Shown here piece by piece: positions 31,656 through 46,368 of a stretch of DNA of 64,000 nt (within the stretch, counting starts at the first letter, position 1; each line of letters starts with the position of its first letter). The stretch comes from Eledone cirrhosa (Eukaryota), in NCBI GenBank assembly GCA_964016885.1, contig OZ024742.1:201314001-201378000 (forward strand). Direction: 5' to 3'. The position numbers were made by a program, and so were the translations under genes. The notes below the pieces were generated by a model. It searched no databases, was not told the DNA's origin, and saw nothing but the letters and a program-made list of their open reading frames with translations.

Positions 31656-32936
31656 TAAAGATATAGATCATCACACGATAACTCAAAAGTGCTTTACATA
31701 GATATATATGTGTCAGCATGTGTGTAAGTGAATAAGTATATGAATAAATATTGAGAACATACTGATATAATATGTGTATGCAGCAGGTAGGGTGTCTTTG
31801 AATATTTTTTCTATTCTCTTTGCTATTTTTCCAAAGGAAAATAATTGTTTCCACATCAGAGATACCTCACCACTCTCAGCTTGATTCTTTCATAATTTTG
31901 TCTCATTTTTACCCCATCCTATTCCACAAGTCGTCTTCTAAAATCTTGTCCGACCTTTTCTATATATATTTGCCTGAAAATCGACTAATTTCTATAGCTT
32001 GCAAATCTGAAACAAGATTTGTTAGCTCATGAAATCATTGATTGCAAATGAATAATCATAAGTACAAATCATATATGGGTTTATATATATGTGTGTGTAT
32101 TGTGTGTGTGTGTGTGTGTGTGGGTGTGTGTACGTATGTGCGGAAGTGTGTGTATGTATGTGCCTCTGTGTGTGCGTGTGTTAGTCTATGTGTGAAGTAA
32201 ATAGATATATATATATATAGAGAGAGAGAGGAAAAGTGATATATATGACGCACAGTTTCTGTCTACAAAATTTCCCTCATTGCCTAGTAGTCCACCTCAC
32301 AAATGGATCAAACATGAGACAAACGTAGCTGGAAATTAACTTCTTGAGCACTCAGCTACTTTGTGGGGAAATTTCTGTTTCAAATTGTGTAGATTAATGA
32401 CTCGGACATGAAACCATCAAAACTGTAGTTAGCCCCACAAAGAGAAAGAGAATTTTCAAATATTTTGATTGATTTTGATAACTTTTGTAATCCGCATGTG
32501 TTGAAGTTCCATCATGTCGGACGAAGAGTGTACCCGTTGTCCCTGATCGTGAGCATATTTGAAATGTAGGAAAGGGTGGTCCTTTGAATTTCAGATGCAA
32601 CTTATCTTTTCCTGCTAAGTGGGTGAAAGCAACCTGAAATAGAGTGTGTGTTTTGCTTAGGGATACAAGACGCACCTGAGAATCGAACTGAAGACCTTAT
32701 TAACGTGAGCCAAACATCCCATCCACGAATCGACGCATATTCACATTAATCTATAATAAACGTGTTGAGTAGATGCTGTCTATGTGTTAAACATGTTAGA
32801 GCTAGTGAGAACAGAACAACCTCGAATTTACAGCTGTATATTACAAGCACTTTACTCCTCATCACGTCGCGAATCTACTTATAGACGTGATCCTTCAAGA
32901 ACAACAAGAATAAAAAAAACAACACGATGTGTATAT

Positions 32937-33032
<96 letters not shown>

Positions 33033-33319
33033 GTATGTGTGTGTAAGAGGGAGTGAGAAAAACAGAGAGATTAATTGATACATATTTTCTGCTATTATTG
33101 ATGCCGCTTTCACCACTGATATTGTTGTTGAAGTGGTGGTTGCTGTTGTTCTTACTGATTTTGAACATTTACTGTACATTTTAAAAACTTCTCTTTGTCT
33201 TGTTGTTTATGTATGTTCCTGCTGGTTCCTCTTATTTCTTACAAACGTTGTTTGTCATCGCTCTGTTATTTGTTGAAGTTCTTACTTGTCTGCGAACGGA
33301 TTATAACTAGCTCCTTTTG

Positions 33320-33456
33320 CTTTGTAGTTGTTGTTTTTGTTGTTGTGATTATTATTATCATTATTATTATTATTATTATTATTGTTGTTGTTATTGTTGT
33401 TGTTGTTGTTGTTGTTGTTATTATTATTAATATTTGTAGTAGTAGTAGTAGTAGTA
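33320..33456. repeat. Compound (TTG)/(TTA)/(TAG) trinucleotide repeat
   Basis: Direct reading. Confidence 0.95.
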
Positions 33457-34219
33457 TCTTAATTTCTCTTTTGGATATAAAGTAATTTCAAACGACGGAT
33501 TTAAAATCAATATCGTAAAAACTAAAAAGGAAAATAAACAAACTAACAAAAGCAATAGAATTATTAACAAAAGATAATATAAAACTATAAAAAAAAACTG
33601 AAAATGAAAAGAAATGAAAATGTAATAAAATAAAATAAGTTAGCAAATATCACTAACAGAATAGAAAAAAGGGAATCTTTTTTTTTTGTTGAAATTATAT
33701 ATTTTTTTCAAAAACCTAAATAAATCTAGGGCAAGCCATTGTGGAAAGAAACATTAATAAGACGCGTCTAATCTCCTTGTTTAAACATACATAATCCTTC
33801 CCTGTTTAAATATTTCTCCTTTATAAAGAACTTATCAAGAGAGAATAACTTAAAAAAACTGTTTTAAACGGTTAAATGTAACCAGTTGAGATTATTTCGG
33901 TTTTACGGAATGCAAATGTAAAAGAAAGAAAAGAAAGAAAAAAGAACGTATAAAGGAAAAGAAAAAAGGGGAAAAGGAAAAGAAAACAAATGATAGGAAT
34001 AATCAGTTGGATTGAAACAGACAAGAATAAATCTTGGAATAAATATTACCAAAAACACATGGCGGTTCAATGGAATATGAATGGACTCTCATTGAGACAG
34101 TGTTGTTATCGAGGAGGTTTATGCATATTATAATGGTTATATGTTTATCTATGCATGTGTATATATATATAGGTTTGTATGTTAGTAGGTATGTATGCAT
34201 ATATTTATATGTATACATG

Positions 34220-34768
<549 letters not shown>

Positions 34769-35044
34769 TATATAAATATATATATATATAAATATACTAT
34801 AAAAATAAAGGAACAAGGATTCAAAGTTGCATCATAACATATTTAATAACATACTATATATGTTTCACTATCGAACAGCTCGAGGAAAGACCTATTATAG
34901 ATCGAACCTGACTCTGTAATCGAAAGATCTTTCGATTACAGAGTCAGGTACGGACCCATTCTTTCTTGCAAACATACAACATATGGATTACATCGAGTTC
35001 TTCATGCAGATATATCAACATGAATGGACCTGTTATTTTTATTT

Positions 35045-35230
35045 AAATACATTTTTTCCAATTCCATCCCGTCCGTCCCCTCAATCTATCTTATTTCTCA
35101 TTATTTCTTCTGATGAAGGACTAGCGTCCGAATCGTTAAGACCCTCTTCCTGCTATAGCAAGCGTTAACCTAATATATCCCTTCCATATACTGTGCCGAT
35201 TGTGTTGTTATTTCTGTTTACCTTTTACAT
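35045..35230 (+). mobile_element. Solo pLTR fragment of the PLE at 15600-16876
   Basis: Close match to 16685-16876, including the hammerhead (GAAA changed to GAAT). Confidence 0.85.
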
Positions 35231-35299
35231 ACACACATATATATATATTATTATATGAATATACGTATTGTATATTTAATAGTATACTGTATGTTTATT

Positions 35300-35665
35300 T
35301 TTAAATATTTTGAAGGCTTTTCGCTATGAATTTAAGGTCGTGACTAAAGTCACATATATAGCTTCAGTAAAAAAAGGGAAATAACCGACGGTCGTTTCTC
35401 AGTGTTTCGTGGTTATCAAGGTTTAATGGGTTTAAACAGCTCATAAATATAATTGGAATTTTATAAGAATCCAGCTTCTACAGCTCTCACCAAAAACAAG
35501 GGATTTAAACAGCTCATAAATATAATTGGAATTCTATAAGAATCCAGCTTCTACAGCTCTCACCAAAAACAAGGGATATATTATCCCTTGTTTCTGGTGA
35601 GAGCTATAGAAGCTGGATTCTTATAGAATTCCAATTATATTTATGAGCTGTTTAAACCCATTAAC
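35300..35665 (-). repeat. Tandem plus inverted ~75-bp repeats next to a decayed hammerhead
   Basis: Unit tttaaacagctcataaat...caaggg occurs twice and then inverted; minus strand AACC-TTGATAA...GAAAC gacc GTC-GGTT at 35383-35423. Confidence 0.7.
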
Positions 35666-35836
35666 ATACAGAGCGATTGCCGGCCCAAGCTACCTTAAAT
35701 TTATAACGAAATGACTTCAAAATGTTTTAAAGTAAACATACTGTCTATTATTAAATATACAATACGTAAATTCATACATACATCGCTATTTCAGAGCACC
35801 AACAGACACAGACACAAACACACACATACACACGCA

Positions 35837-35965
<129 letters not shown>

Positions 35966-36226
35966 CCCCCCCCCCACACACACATATATATATGTATGTA
36001 TGTTTTAGAAATGACATGAGCCTCACATAATGACACGTATGAAACTTACACAAATCCAGCAGAAATGTTATTTCGAAAATGAAATTTGAAACGCTTAATA
36101 TATCTAAAACCGGCGACTAAAAAGACAAAGAGATAGCCATGATTATTTCTGCTTAACTTTCTTTAAAATAAACTAGGATTTAGTTTGTGTTTGTGCATAA
36201 GTATATGTATGTATGTAGTATGTATG

Positions 36227-39200
36227 TTTTCTCTTTCTCTTAATTTCGAGTATATTTTTTTTGACCGGCCACCTTCCTGGTGGCAAGGTTGTAAAAGAAA
36301 AGAAATTGTCATCCCTTGAATCGCAAGACTGTTTTGCAAATTTTGAAGGTGCCAGCTAACGCAGCCATTCGTAGACTATGAATTAGGGAGCTGCGCTTTT
36401 TGTCCGCAAATCCAAGTTCAGTCATACTTTGGTCCAAGCGGGTTGGTATATAAACCGTAGCTCCAATAATGATGGGTATGAAGCTAAAGGAGTATCTTGG
36501 ATACTGGATTTGTAAACTCCTCATCAATGGTCCGTATATGTCATCCTTCTCCTGTATTTTTCTGACAACGTTTACACAAGTGGGCAGCTGATCTCCACAA
36601 CAGAACACGTTTTCAATGTGTGGTCCCAAACAACAATATCAGGCCGGTTGTGCTTTAATTTGGTGGCAGTTTTTATTTTCAGGTTCCACCAGTATTCCTT
36701 AGTGCCATCTATTTCAATATATTCTTCCTCGTTTGTTGTTAATTTTGTTTTCCGAAGTGCGTTCCAGATGGTTCTAGCTATCCCATCGTGTCTCATGGGG
36801 AGGTAGTAGCGAGATGACATTCTTTCGCAGCTGGCAACAATGTGGCTTACATCCTCGATCTTTGTTTTACATAGCCTACATTTATTGTCAGCTGCTGGCC
36901 CTCCTCTTTTGTGCAGCAGATATTTGGTAGGGAGTTCTTGTTCCTGTATTGCATAGAGATATCCCTCAAGGTGTGATGTCATAAACTTGTCGGAACTCTA
37001 TGCCAGGCTTTTTGAGTGGTTTATCCCCTCTATGGTCTGTGTTTTACGTCTCAAGTATACATGCACAACTTTTTCTGTAAATTGGTCAATTTTTTTATCT
37101 TGTTTGATCATTGAATAGGATCTTCCGATTTCTCTGGGTGAGAGATTTATATCAGGCTTTATTCCATATCTCTCCTCCAGATCAGTCGCTATTCTAATGA
37201 TATTTTTTTTTCATGCTCATAAACCTGGGCAAGATGGTTGCCAACCTTTTTCCTCTGTTGAAGGTGTTGCTTCAGTGTTACTATCCGGGTCTCATATGTT
37301 GTTAATATTGATTTTAGACCCCGGCCACCTTCCTTGCGTGAGAAGTATAGCCTATCCACATCACCATTGATGTTAAAGTTCCCAGTAACACTGAGAAGTT
37401 TTCGAGTTCTAACATCCATCTCACTTAGTTCTTGCAATGACCAGTTCAGCAGGCAAAATGTTGGCGTTAGAATTGGCACAGCATAAGTATTGTGGGCAAT
37501 GTATTTGTTGTACGCTGACAGTTCTGATGACCATATTTTCTTCACACTTCTGAGGTATTCAGTACTGGTTCTCTCCTTATTTATGGGTCCATCATATCTG
37601 ACATTCTCAGCCTGTCCAAGATATCTGTAGTTGTCACCTGACTGTAGAGGTTGTATTGTCAGGCCGTTCATCTCTAGATTTTTAGAGGAGGGCACAGCTC
37701 TTCCACGTTTTACTGCCAAATATGCACACTTGGACTCACCAAATTTCATTTTGATGTCGGTTGAAAATTGTGTAATGAAGTCCAATTGTTTCTTGATGTC
37801 ATTGATATTTGGCCCATACAACTTCAGGTCATCAACAAAGAAAAGATGGGAGATACTTCTGGACCCACTTCTTTGTCCACCTTGTTTCCTGAGTAGGTAA
37901 GATAGTGGATTCAGTGAGAGAACGAAGAGTAGCACTGACAAGCTATCACCCTGAAAGATGCCCTTCTGGTAATGTATCTTATCAGTCTTAACTTGCTCCT
38001 TCTCACCTCTAAGGATCAAATTGGTGTACCAGTTCTTGGTCAGGCGTTCAACAGCAGCTACCAATGGTTATGGGACTTTAGCGAACTGTAAAGCCTTAAT
38101 AATCCACCCATGAGGTACACTATCAAATGCTTTTTGATAGTCCAGCCACACCACAGACATGTTTCTGCGATTCTTTGTTGTTGTTTCCTGAATCATTCTG
38201 TTAGTTAGTAGGTGATATATGCAACCCCATACCTCCCTCTTTCCACCAGCTTGCTCAGGTGTTATGATGTTGTTGGTAGAACAGTGATCCTGTAAGAACA
38301 GGTTAAGGCACCCAGTATATAATTTATACATGATGTTTTGGCAGGCTATTGGGCGGTAATTTTTAGCAAGGGTGGTTTGGCTATTTTGGTGAATGAGGAG
38401 AGTAGTGGCAGTTGATAACCATCTGGGCAGTTCTTGTGTGCCTTTAATGGTTTCTGTAAAGAGCCGTATGAGATCTGGCCGATAGAAAGTGAAATTCTTC
38501 AACCAGTATCCTGTAATGAGGTCTGGGCCTGGCGATTTCCTATTCGACATTTTCTGTAGAGCTGTTTCCAGTATTGACCCATCTATGTCATATTGTTTTG
38601 TCTGGACATGTTGGCAGTAGTCCTGTTCCAGTTCTTTTAGCCAATTAGTTTGTCCGTTGAATCCGTCATCCGTTTCCCATACAGATCTCCAGTAGCTCTC
38701 AACCTGTTCTTTTGAAGGGGTGTCGTTTACAGGGATTGAGCTTTTGCCACCAAAGCTGCGATAAACTGATTTAGGATCTCTGGCAAACAATCTATTTAGC
38801 ACTTGTCGTTTATGTGCTGTTGACTTATATTTTAGTATTTCTATTGTAGCTGTGAGTTGTTGTTTCAACTGGTGTAATTTTGAGTTCAAAGTTTTAAATT
38901 TTGTATCTCCAAATCGTCTCTCTAACATTTTTTTTAGGTCTTCCTTGTGTCGTGTGAAGTTGCTCTCTATGTTGCATTTCATAACGACTGCGATGTGTGA
39001 GATACTTCGTCTCAGGGACAAAATTTTGCTTTTTAAATTTCGCATCCGCGCTGGTTAAGGCTTTCTGTTTGTATCTTGATTGCGTGGTTTTAGATGTGTG
39101 TTATATGATAGCAATGTGACAGCTGAAACATATAACAAAACATTAAGCGTTTCAAATGTCGTTTCTACACCTTTAGATCGTATAGCCTTCAGATAATTGC

Positions 39201-39961
39201 CAGCTATTTCGTTCACCGCTTCCAATTCCAATTTAGTGGGTTCTTTACTGATTCTGGTGTTGTATGGTCTGTCACTCACATTAAGGCTGTGTATCTCTTG
39301 AAACATATCGTTCCATATCACTTGTAGGGTGTCCACAAGTTTTTGGTGCTCCGTTTGTTCAGTAGAGTCATGAATTTCAGCCTCGTTGTTGATGTGGTGA
39401 CAATTACTACTAGAGTTAGCTGACCATTCTCACTGTTCTTCAGTGGAAGTGGGATGGATTTCAGCAAAATTGTTGATGAGCTGTTCACTGTTAGATTTAG
39501 CTGGCCATTCTCTCTGTCTGTCAGTGGAGGTGGGGTGGTTGTCTACAAGGACTGTATTTGTAGTATCACTCAATTCCGTTAGATGTATCAATTTACATCT
39601 AATGATACGTTTTGCCTGTTCATTTAAATACTTTGGCGAAAAGTCTAATTCTGGGTGTTTGGAGTTCCATAAAGTGTTTAGCCTTTGCATAAAACCAAAC
39701 TTTTGGGGTTCAGATTGTTTGTATGCTTCATATAATACTTTGTTAAGCTCGTAGCTCCACTGTATACAACGGTTGTAGTTGCGATTTGGTCGAAGGAGAC
39801 TTGTACTTTTTGCCATGATGAGTTCGTCTATTCACTAATATTTCGTATTTATTTTTCAAAATAGTCGATGATCTTCTTTAAAATTTACGACAAAGTTCTG
39901 TCAGATTCAAATTTAAAGTTATTCACAGCTTGGGTAATATTTCTTTTCAGTCAGTTTTTAA
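36227..39961 (-). mobile_element. Full-length R4/Dong-clade non-LTR retrotransposon (RT + CCHC + restriction-like endonuclease), ORF disrupted
   Basis: N-terminal WSYELNK..Y..S..GFMQRL..W; KSPGPD; YRPIAC; LDYQKAFDSVPH; GIFQGDSLS; HLFFVDDLKLY; GGRGL; CRLC..E..SHIVASC; RHD; NRPDIV..VVEISCP. Confidence 0.93.
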
Positions 39962-40040
39962 TGTATGTATGTATGTATGTATGTATGTATGTATGTATGT
40001 ATGTATGTATGTATGTATGTATGTATGTATGTATGTATGT
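39961..40040. repeat. (TATG)n microsatellite, apparent target of the R4-like element
   Basis: Same repeat on the other flank at 36202-36226. Confidence 0.9.
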
Positions 40041-40540
40041 GGTAGAGAATGTAAATCAGCAGGAGGGCTCAAGCGACATGCAAAAGTACATGAACTCCAA
40101 CCACAGCCGGCTATTCCCAGTGAATGTTTTGGTTGCCGACTCTGTGCAAGACATTTTAGATCATTGGCTGGGCTAAAAAGCCACATTCGATCGCAGCGTT
40201 GTTAGTTGCTATCGTGTGTGTGTGTGTGTGTAGATATGCTTATGTGTGCGCGTGTGTGTGTATATATATATGTATATTATTATTGTTGCCTTTCATCCTT
40301 ACTGGGTCGATAAAATAAAGTACCAGTAATGTACTGGTTAATTGCTGGCCTTGTGCCAATAGTAGAAACAATTATTATTATTATTATTATTGTTATTAAT
40401 ATATGTGTATGTATATGTATATATGTATGTATGTATCTGTGTGTATATATATATATATTTTTTCTCGTACGATAACGAGGGGGCAGCCATCATGTATGTA
40501 TGTATGTATGTATGTATGTATGTATGTATGTATGTATGTA
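40036..40540 (+). mobile_element. RTE/BovB-like LINE extreme 3' fragment (C-terminal zinc-finger-like motifs) with (TATG)n tail; interrupted by a SINE fragment
   Basis: CGRECKSAGGLKRHAKVH...CRLCARHFRSLAGLKSHIR; terminal gataacgagggggcagccatc then (atgt)n. Confidence 0.7.
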
Positions 40541-40837
40541 TATTGACTTGATTAATAAGTCTGATGAGTAGACTGGACTGGTGGCATATCTATAGCACTC
40601 AATTGTGAAAGGGTCGTAACTGTGTATAATCAATAAAGACCTTAATGCGAAATCTCGCATTGTAGTATTTGACTCTTTGTAGTCCTTGTCTTGTGTTTGT
40701 GATTTTCTACATTTTCTAAGAATATATATATATAATTAAGGTTGGATTCCCGATGAGGACGTGAAATGACCTCATTTAAAAAAGGTATTAATCAATGCGT
40801 TGGTAGAGTATATGCACAATTATTCTATATAGAAATA

Positions 40838-40886
40838 TTGTCTACGGGATAAGGACTGTTTCATTAATATGAAATCATCAGGACAT
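40838..40886 (-). ncRNA. Type-I hammerhead motif related to 16910-16958
   Basis: TGTC-CTGATGA-tttcatattaat-GAA-ACAG tccttatc CCGT-A-GACA. Confidence 0.7.
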
Positions 40887-40985
40887 TCCTGCTGATATCA
40901 AATGAATGATCAGTTCAATTCCTGTAGAAATAAATTCTATATAATATATAAACATATATACATACATATCTATTCAGCAATGCGC

Positions 40986-41032
<47 letters not shown>

Positions 41033-41058
41033 GCGTGTATGTGTGTGTGTGTGTGTGT

Positions 41059-41143
<85 letters not shown>

Positions 41144-42204
41144 AAAAAAAAATATGTATAAAAAATTATCGACATGTAGCTTTGAGTGTGCTTGAAATTT
41201 ATAGACAAATTTGAAAATGTTAATGCGTGGGACAGCTGTTTCCTCATACATTGATACATAACGTGTGTGTATGTATATGTGTATGAACTGAAATAATATA
41301 TGTAAATTATTGTCAGTTAACAATATCCGTTCTATCTACTAATTCCTTGAATCTTAATTGGATATCAGTTAAATTAAATGGACTGTGAGGAAACTTTCTA
41401 TAAATGAAAGCAGATATTTCTAGATGAATGATGGTCTTTAATTCTTATTGTCTTGCACTGCATGTAATTACAGTAATAAGTAATTCTAAAACTTATAAAA
41501 CAGCACTATGATTGTATGTCATCGTAAATTAAATTCTATGCTGTAAAACTAGAATTGTTCACAATCTGTGAAATTATACATATTAACATAAATGAGAGGA
41601 GAAAAAGGGGAAGAGCAAGGACTTCTATGAGAAGGAAGAAAGAAAAGGGGAAGGGTAGAAGGTGACATACATTACACCTGGGACAGAGCGGTGGAGAATA
41701 TGGCAAAGGCATTTCCCCGAACAATGACCAGTGACACGCACTGGAACAGGCACCCCACCCCTCGGGTCTCTTTCCACAGGCAGTCATTTCTTCCCTTGTC
41801 TAGTAGTTTCTGCCCCCCCCCCTCCTGCGTTCCCTCTCATTTATGGCATTTATAGTCCTTTCCAATACTGTTCTCATTTTATAACTTTACTACAAAATAA
41901 AACTATATATTTTTTATACACATTTTGACAAACCACATTGCAACACATTAGCAAGACATTCATGAGAATACGCAACAACACTATGACGACAACATATTAC
42001 GTATAAAACTCTTTACTTTAATACTTCATTTTTATTACAACGATCTTTTCACCAGTGAAGATAATATGCATATTTGAATTAAGTATCCTGTTGTGAAACT
42101 TTCGCTCAATCATTACAGGTTGTTAAGATTCAAGCAAGATTATAATGTAATATATGTATGTGTGTATATGTATATATATGTATATGTATATATGTATATA
42201 TATG

Positions 42205-42793
42205 CTACTGGTAACATGTATCCCAGTGCAACCTGTCTCATGGTAGGGTCGTTGGCGATTAAACTGGCAATCCCAACAAGGTTTCTTGGTGAGGAGGGTG
42301 ACTTTGGATATCCTGCAGGACTAAAAACAAAACCTGTCAAAGGGCAAAGGAGCTCTTAAGAGACAATGGTAATGCAAAATCACCGTGAGAGGTGACCCCT
42401 TAGCCTTTGTCATGGCAGAATTCTAGGAGAAGGAAAACTCTTATATTACACCTTCAACTCTGATGGTATCCAATGATGTTGACTTGTTCTTCTTTTTGGT
42501 AAATACCATCTTGGTTAAGAGAGTGGGACTAGCTTTGTGCAGTACCTTTGCTCACTATAAAAGCTTCACGGCACAGGCATTTCTTTATATCTGGAGATCT
42601 CTCTGCACTTGTCGTCACATGGTACCATGGGCCCAGCACTATGTGTCAATAATTGTCACAAGTGTAGTGTTTGTACCAGAGTTTTCAAGTAACAGGCTGG
42701 ACTAAACAGTCACCCTCGTTCAGCGCATCGGTAGGAGTTCTCCTACATGGATATAAAGTAGTGGCCGCACTCGAAAACGAGTTGGCTGCCACC
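42205..42793 (+). mobile_element. Bipartite non-autonomous RTE-derived element
   Basis: RTE 5'-UTR-like motif tctaggagaaggaaaactc (42422-42440) fused to an RTE-like 3' end (cactcgaaaacgagttggctgccacca); no ORF. Confidence 0.7.
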
Positions 42794-42825
42794 ATATATA
42801 TGTATATATATATATACATATATAT

Positions 42826-42898
<73 letters not shown>

Positions 42899-43019
42899 AA
42901 CTTTTCTCGCTTTAGATATACATACATATATATACATATACATACATATATATACACACACATATATGTATATATATATGTGTGTGTGTGTATGTATGTA
43001 TATGTATATATGTGTATGT

Positions 43020-43412
43020 ATATCTAAAGCAAGAAAAATTACAAAAGGGAGAGAGAGAAAACAAAAACGAAGAAACAAAGACAGGTAAAAAAGAGAATCA
43101 CGAATTATATAGAACGTGTGAGAGACAAAGACAGACATACAGTGATTGAAAATCGATTAGTAAAATCTAATATATAGATTGAGAGAGTGAGAAAGTGATA
43201 GAAAGATAGAGAGAAAGAGTGGAGACGAGAGATAGAGAGAAAAATGTGAGAGAGTGATGGAAAGAAAAATAGACAGGTAAATAGATAAATAGATAGTTTG
43301 GTTGATGTAGAAAGATAGAGAGATGGAGTGAGAGAGAGGCTAGAGAGAATTGGAGACGATATATAGAGAATGCGAGTTAAAAAGGAGATATATATAGGCA
43401 GAATAAGAGAGC

Positions 43413-43496
<84 letters not shown>

Positions 43497-43739
43497 GAGA
43501 AGGGGGGAGTGAGGGCGAGAGTAAAAGAGAGAAAATTTGAGATAGAATTAAATAGAAAATTAGCAAAAGACATTTAAAAAAAAACAGATGAAGAGAGAAA
43601 GAGAGAGATAGATAGTGCTCGAAGAGTGAGACAGAGAGAAGGAGAGAGAGAGAGAGTGATTGCCTGAAAGAAAGAGAATGAGTGGGTAACGGATAATGAG
43701 AATGAGGAAAAGAAAGAGAGATAGAAAGAGAGAGGGGAG

Positions 43740-43770
<31 letters not shown>

Positions 43771-43900
43771 CTGTGCTTGAGAGATTTTGAGATATTATCT
43801 AAGAAAAAGAGCGTTTGAGACTGAAAAAGAGTGAAAGAGAAAATAATGAAAGAAAGGAAAGAAAATATGAATGAAACGGTGAATAGATACAATTACAGTA
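43020..43900. repeat. GA-rich low-complexity tract with (GA)n
   Basis: Direct reading. Confidence 0.9.
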
Positions 43901-44047
43901 ATTATTTAAGTAGAATTGGGCCAATCTAAGCCAAGAATGTAGAAATAAATATTTAATAATTTATATGTACTGAGTAGGAAAGCGGAAAGTATATATATAT
44001 ATACATACATATATACATACATATATTTACATACATAAACACACACG

Positions 44048-44120
<73 letters not shown>

Positions 44121-44282
44121 CTATATATAATATAATATATGTGTGTGTGTTTGTGTGAGTGTATGTATGTGTGTGTATTAATTCATGTGCACAAAATTGT
44201 ATGACTATATATATATATATATATACATTCATATATATGTATGTATGTATATATATATATATACAATACATATATATGTATG

Positions 44283-44332
<50 letters not shown>

Positions 44333-44406
44333 TATGTATGTATGTATATATATATATATATATACAATACATATATATATATATATGTATGTATATATAT
44401 ATACAT

Positions 44407-44572
<166 letters not shown>

Positions 44573-44857
44573 TTCAAGAGTAACCAGTCTTAAAGAGAGA
44601 GATGGAGATAGGAGAGGAGAGATTGGTGAATTAGTTAGAAGCCAAAGCGTAAAGGCATGTGCTCAATGTGCAATATGCAGTGGAAAGCAGCTAGGTGGCT
44701 GGGTTCATGCAGAAGTTAGGCGCACAGGGCTGGAAATATTCATTAGTTAAGCAAAACAAGACCACAAAATTCATAAGGAAAACATTATTAAAAGATTGTC
44801 AACATATTTTAGTTTGATGTAAGGAATGTAGAGAATAATAATAATAATATTAATAAT

Positions 44858-45498
44858 AATTGTTTCTACTTTAGGCACAAGGCCAGCAAATTACCCGGTG
44901 CATTACTGGTACTTTATTTTATCGACCCCGTAAGGATGAAAGGCAAAGTCATCCTCGGCGGGATTTGAACTCAGAACGTAAAGGGACGTAACTATGCTGG
45001 AAAGCATGGCGTCCGACCCTCTACCGATACTGCCAATAATAATAATGTCCGTTTACAATTGTTTCACTACTCCATATAATATTTCCGGATCAAATAATTA
45101 TATATCATTATTGAGTGTGGTGGATTGTCAGTATCGGTAGAGGGTCGGACGCCATGCTTTCCAGCATAGTTACGGCCCTTTACGATCTGAGTTCAAATCC
45201 CGCCGAGGTTGACTTTGCCTTTCATCCTTACGGGGTCGATAAAATAAAGTACCAGTAATGCACTGGGTAATTGCTGGCCTTGTGCCTAAAGTAGAAATAA
45301 TTATTGAGGGCGGTGGATTGGCAGTATCGGTAGAGGGTTTGACGCCATGCTTTCCAGCATAGTTACGTCCCTTTACGATCTGAGTTCAAATCCCGCCGAG
45401 GTTGACTTTGCCTTTCATCCTTACGTGGTCGGTAAAATAAAGTACCAGTAATGCATTGGGTAATTGCTGGCCTTGTGCCTAAAGTAGTAACAATTATT
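44858..45498. mobile_element. Cluster of three tRNA-SINE copies (44858-45035 minus; 45115-45303 and 45306-45498 plus, tandem)
   Basis: Same family as 3023-3210; ATT-repeat tails. Confidence 0.92.
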
Positions 45499-45724
45499 GA
45501 TCTGGTTCAGTTGAAAATAATTAACATAGGTAGAAATAGAGCAGCTCATCGGAACTTCAAAAGGAATATAAATTAAAATAAGGAAAGAATGTTACATAAA
45601 TATAATCTTCCATATGTTGGTATTTCACTATCGTGTCCTGGGTATATCAATTGTCTGCCATAGTGGAGCAGTATTCTTCTGTCGAGGCTGTATTGTGTGA
45701 GATCTGCCTATGTTTACCAGGACA

Positions 45725-45820
<96 letters not shown>

Positions 45821-45884
45821 ATGTATATCCAGCTTTCTCCCCATCTCTCTCTTTCTATGCATCTGTCAATCTCCCTACCTATAT

Positions 45885-45925
<41 letters not shown>

Positions 45926-46132
45926 TATATATATATATCGAGTGGTTTGCTAACTCATTCATATAGTATGCCGAATTTGCTTGCACACCGCCAGAGATTC
46001 GATTTTAGTAAGTATCCAATTATATATATATATATATATATATAATGTAGGAGGTGAGTTTTATTGCAGTACAATAAAGCAATGCAGATATCGGATAAGA
46101 AGCACTCTACAGTTTGTAGGACTGGAGTATGC

Positions 46133-46294
46133 ATAATATAAGATCAAAAGATGGTTAAAGGAGTTCCATATATTTTATTATGCGCATTTCTCCTGTTTTA
46201 TCTGATGAAAACACAAATATTATTGCATGATGATGTTTGTTTTTGAAATGCGCATAATAAAATATATGGAACTCCTTTAACCATCTTCTGATCT

Positions 46295-46302
<8 letters not shown>
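46133..46302 (+). mobile_element. Minimal fold-back hammerhead element
   Basis: Inverted arms 46133-46190 and 46245-46302 with a hammerhead in the middle; (TA)n downstream. Confidence 0.8.
46196..46262 (+). ncRNA. Type-I hammerhead ribozyme with extended stem II
   Basis: TTTTAT-CTGATGA-AAAC ACAAATATTAT tgcatg ATGATGTTTGT TTTT-GAAATGCGCATA-ATAAAA; G.U pairs fit the + strand; palindromic stem III. Confidence 0.82.

Positions 46303-46368
<66 letters not shown>

Noticed and set aside
39930-40205. Host C2H2 zinc-finger gene exon
   Set aside because: The motif style (CxSxxGLxxH) and the downstream 3' tail match a LINE ORF C-terminus; there is no TGEKP linker
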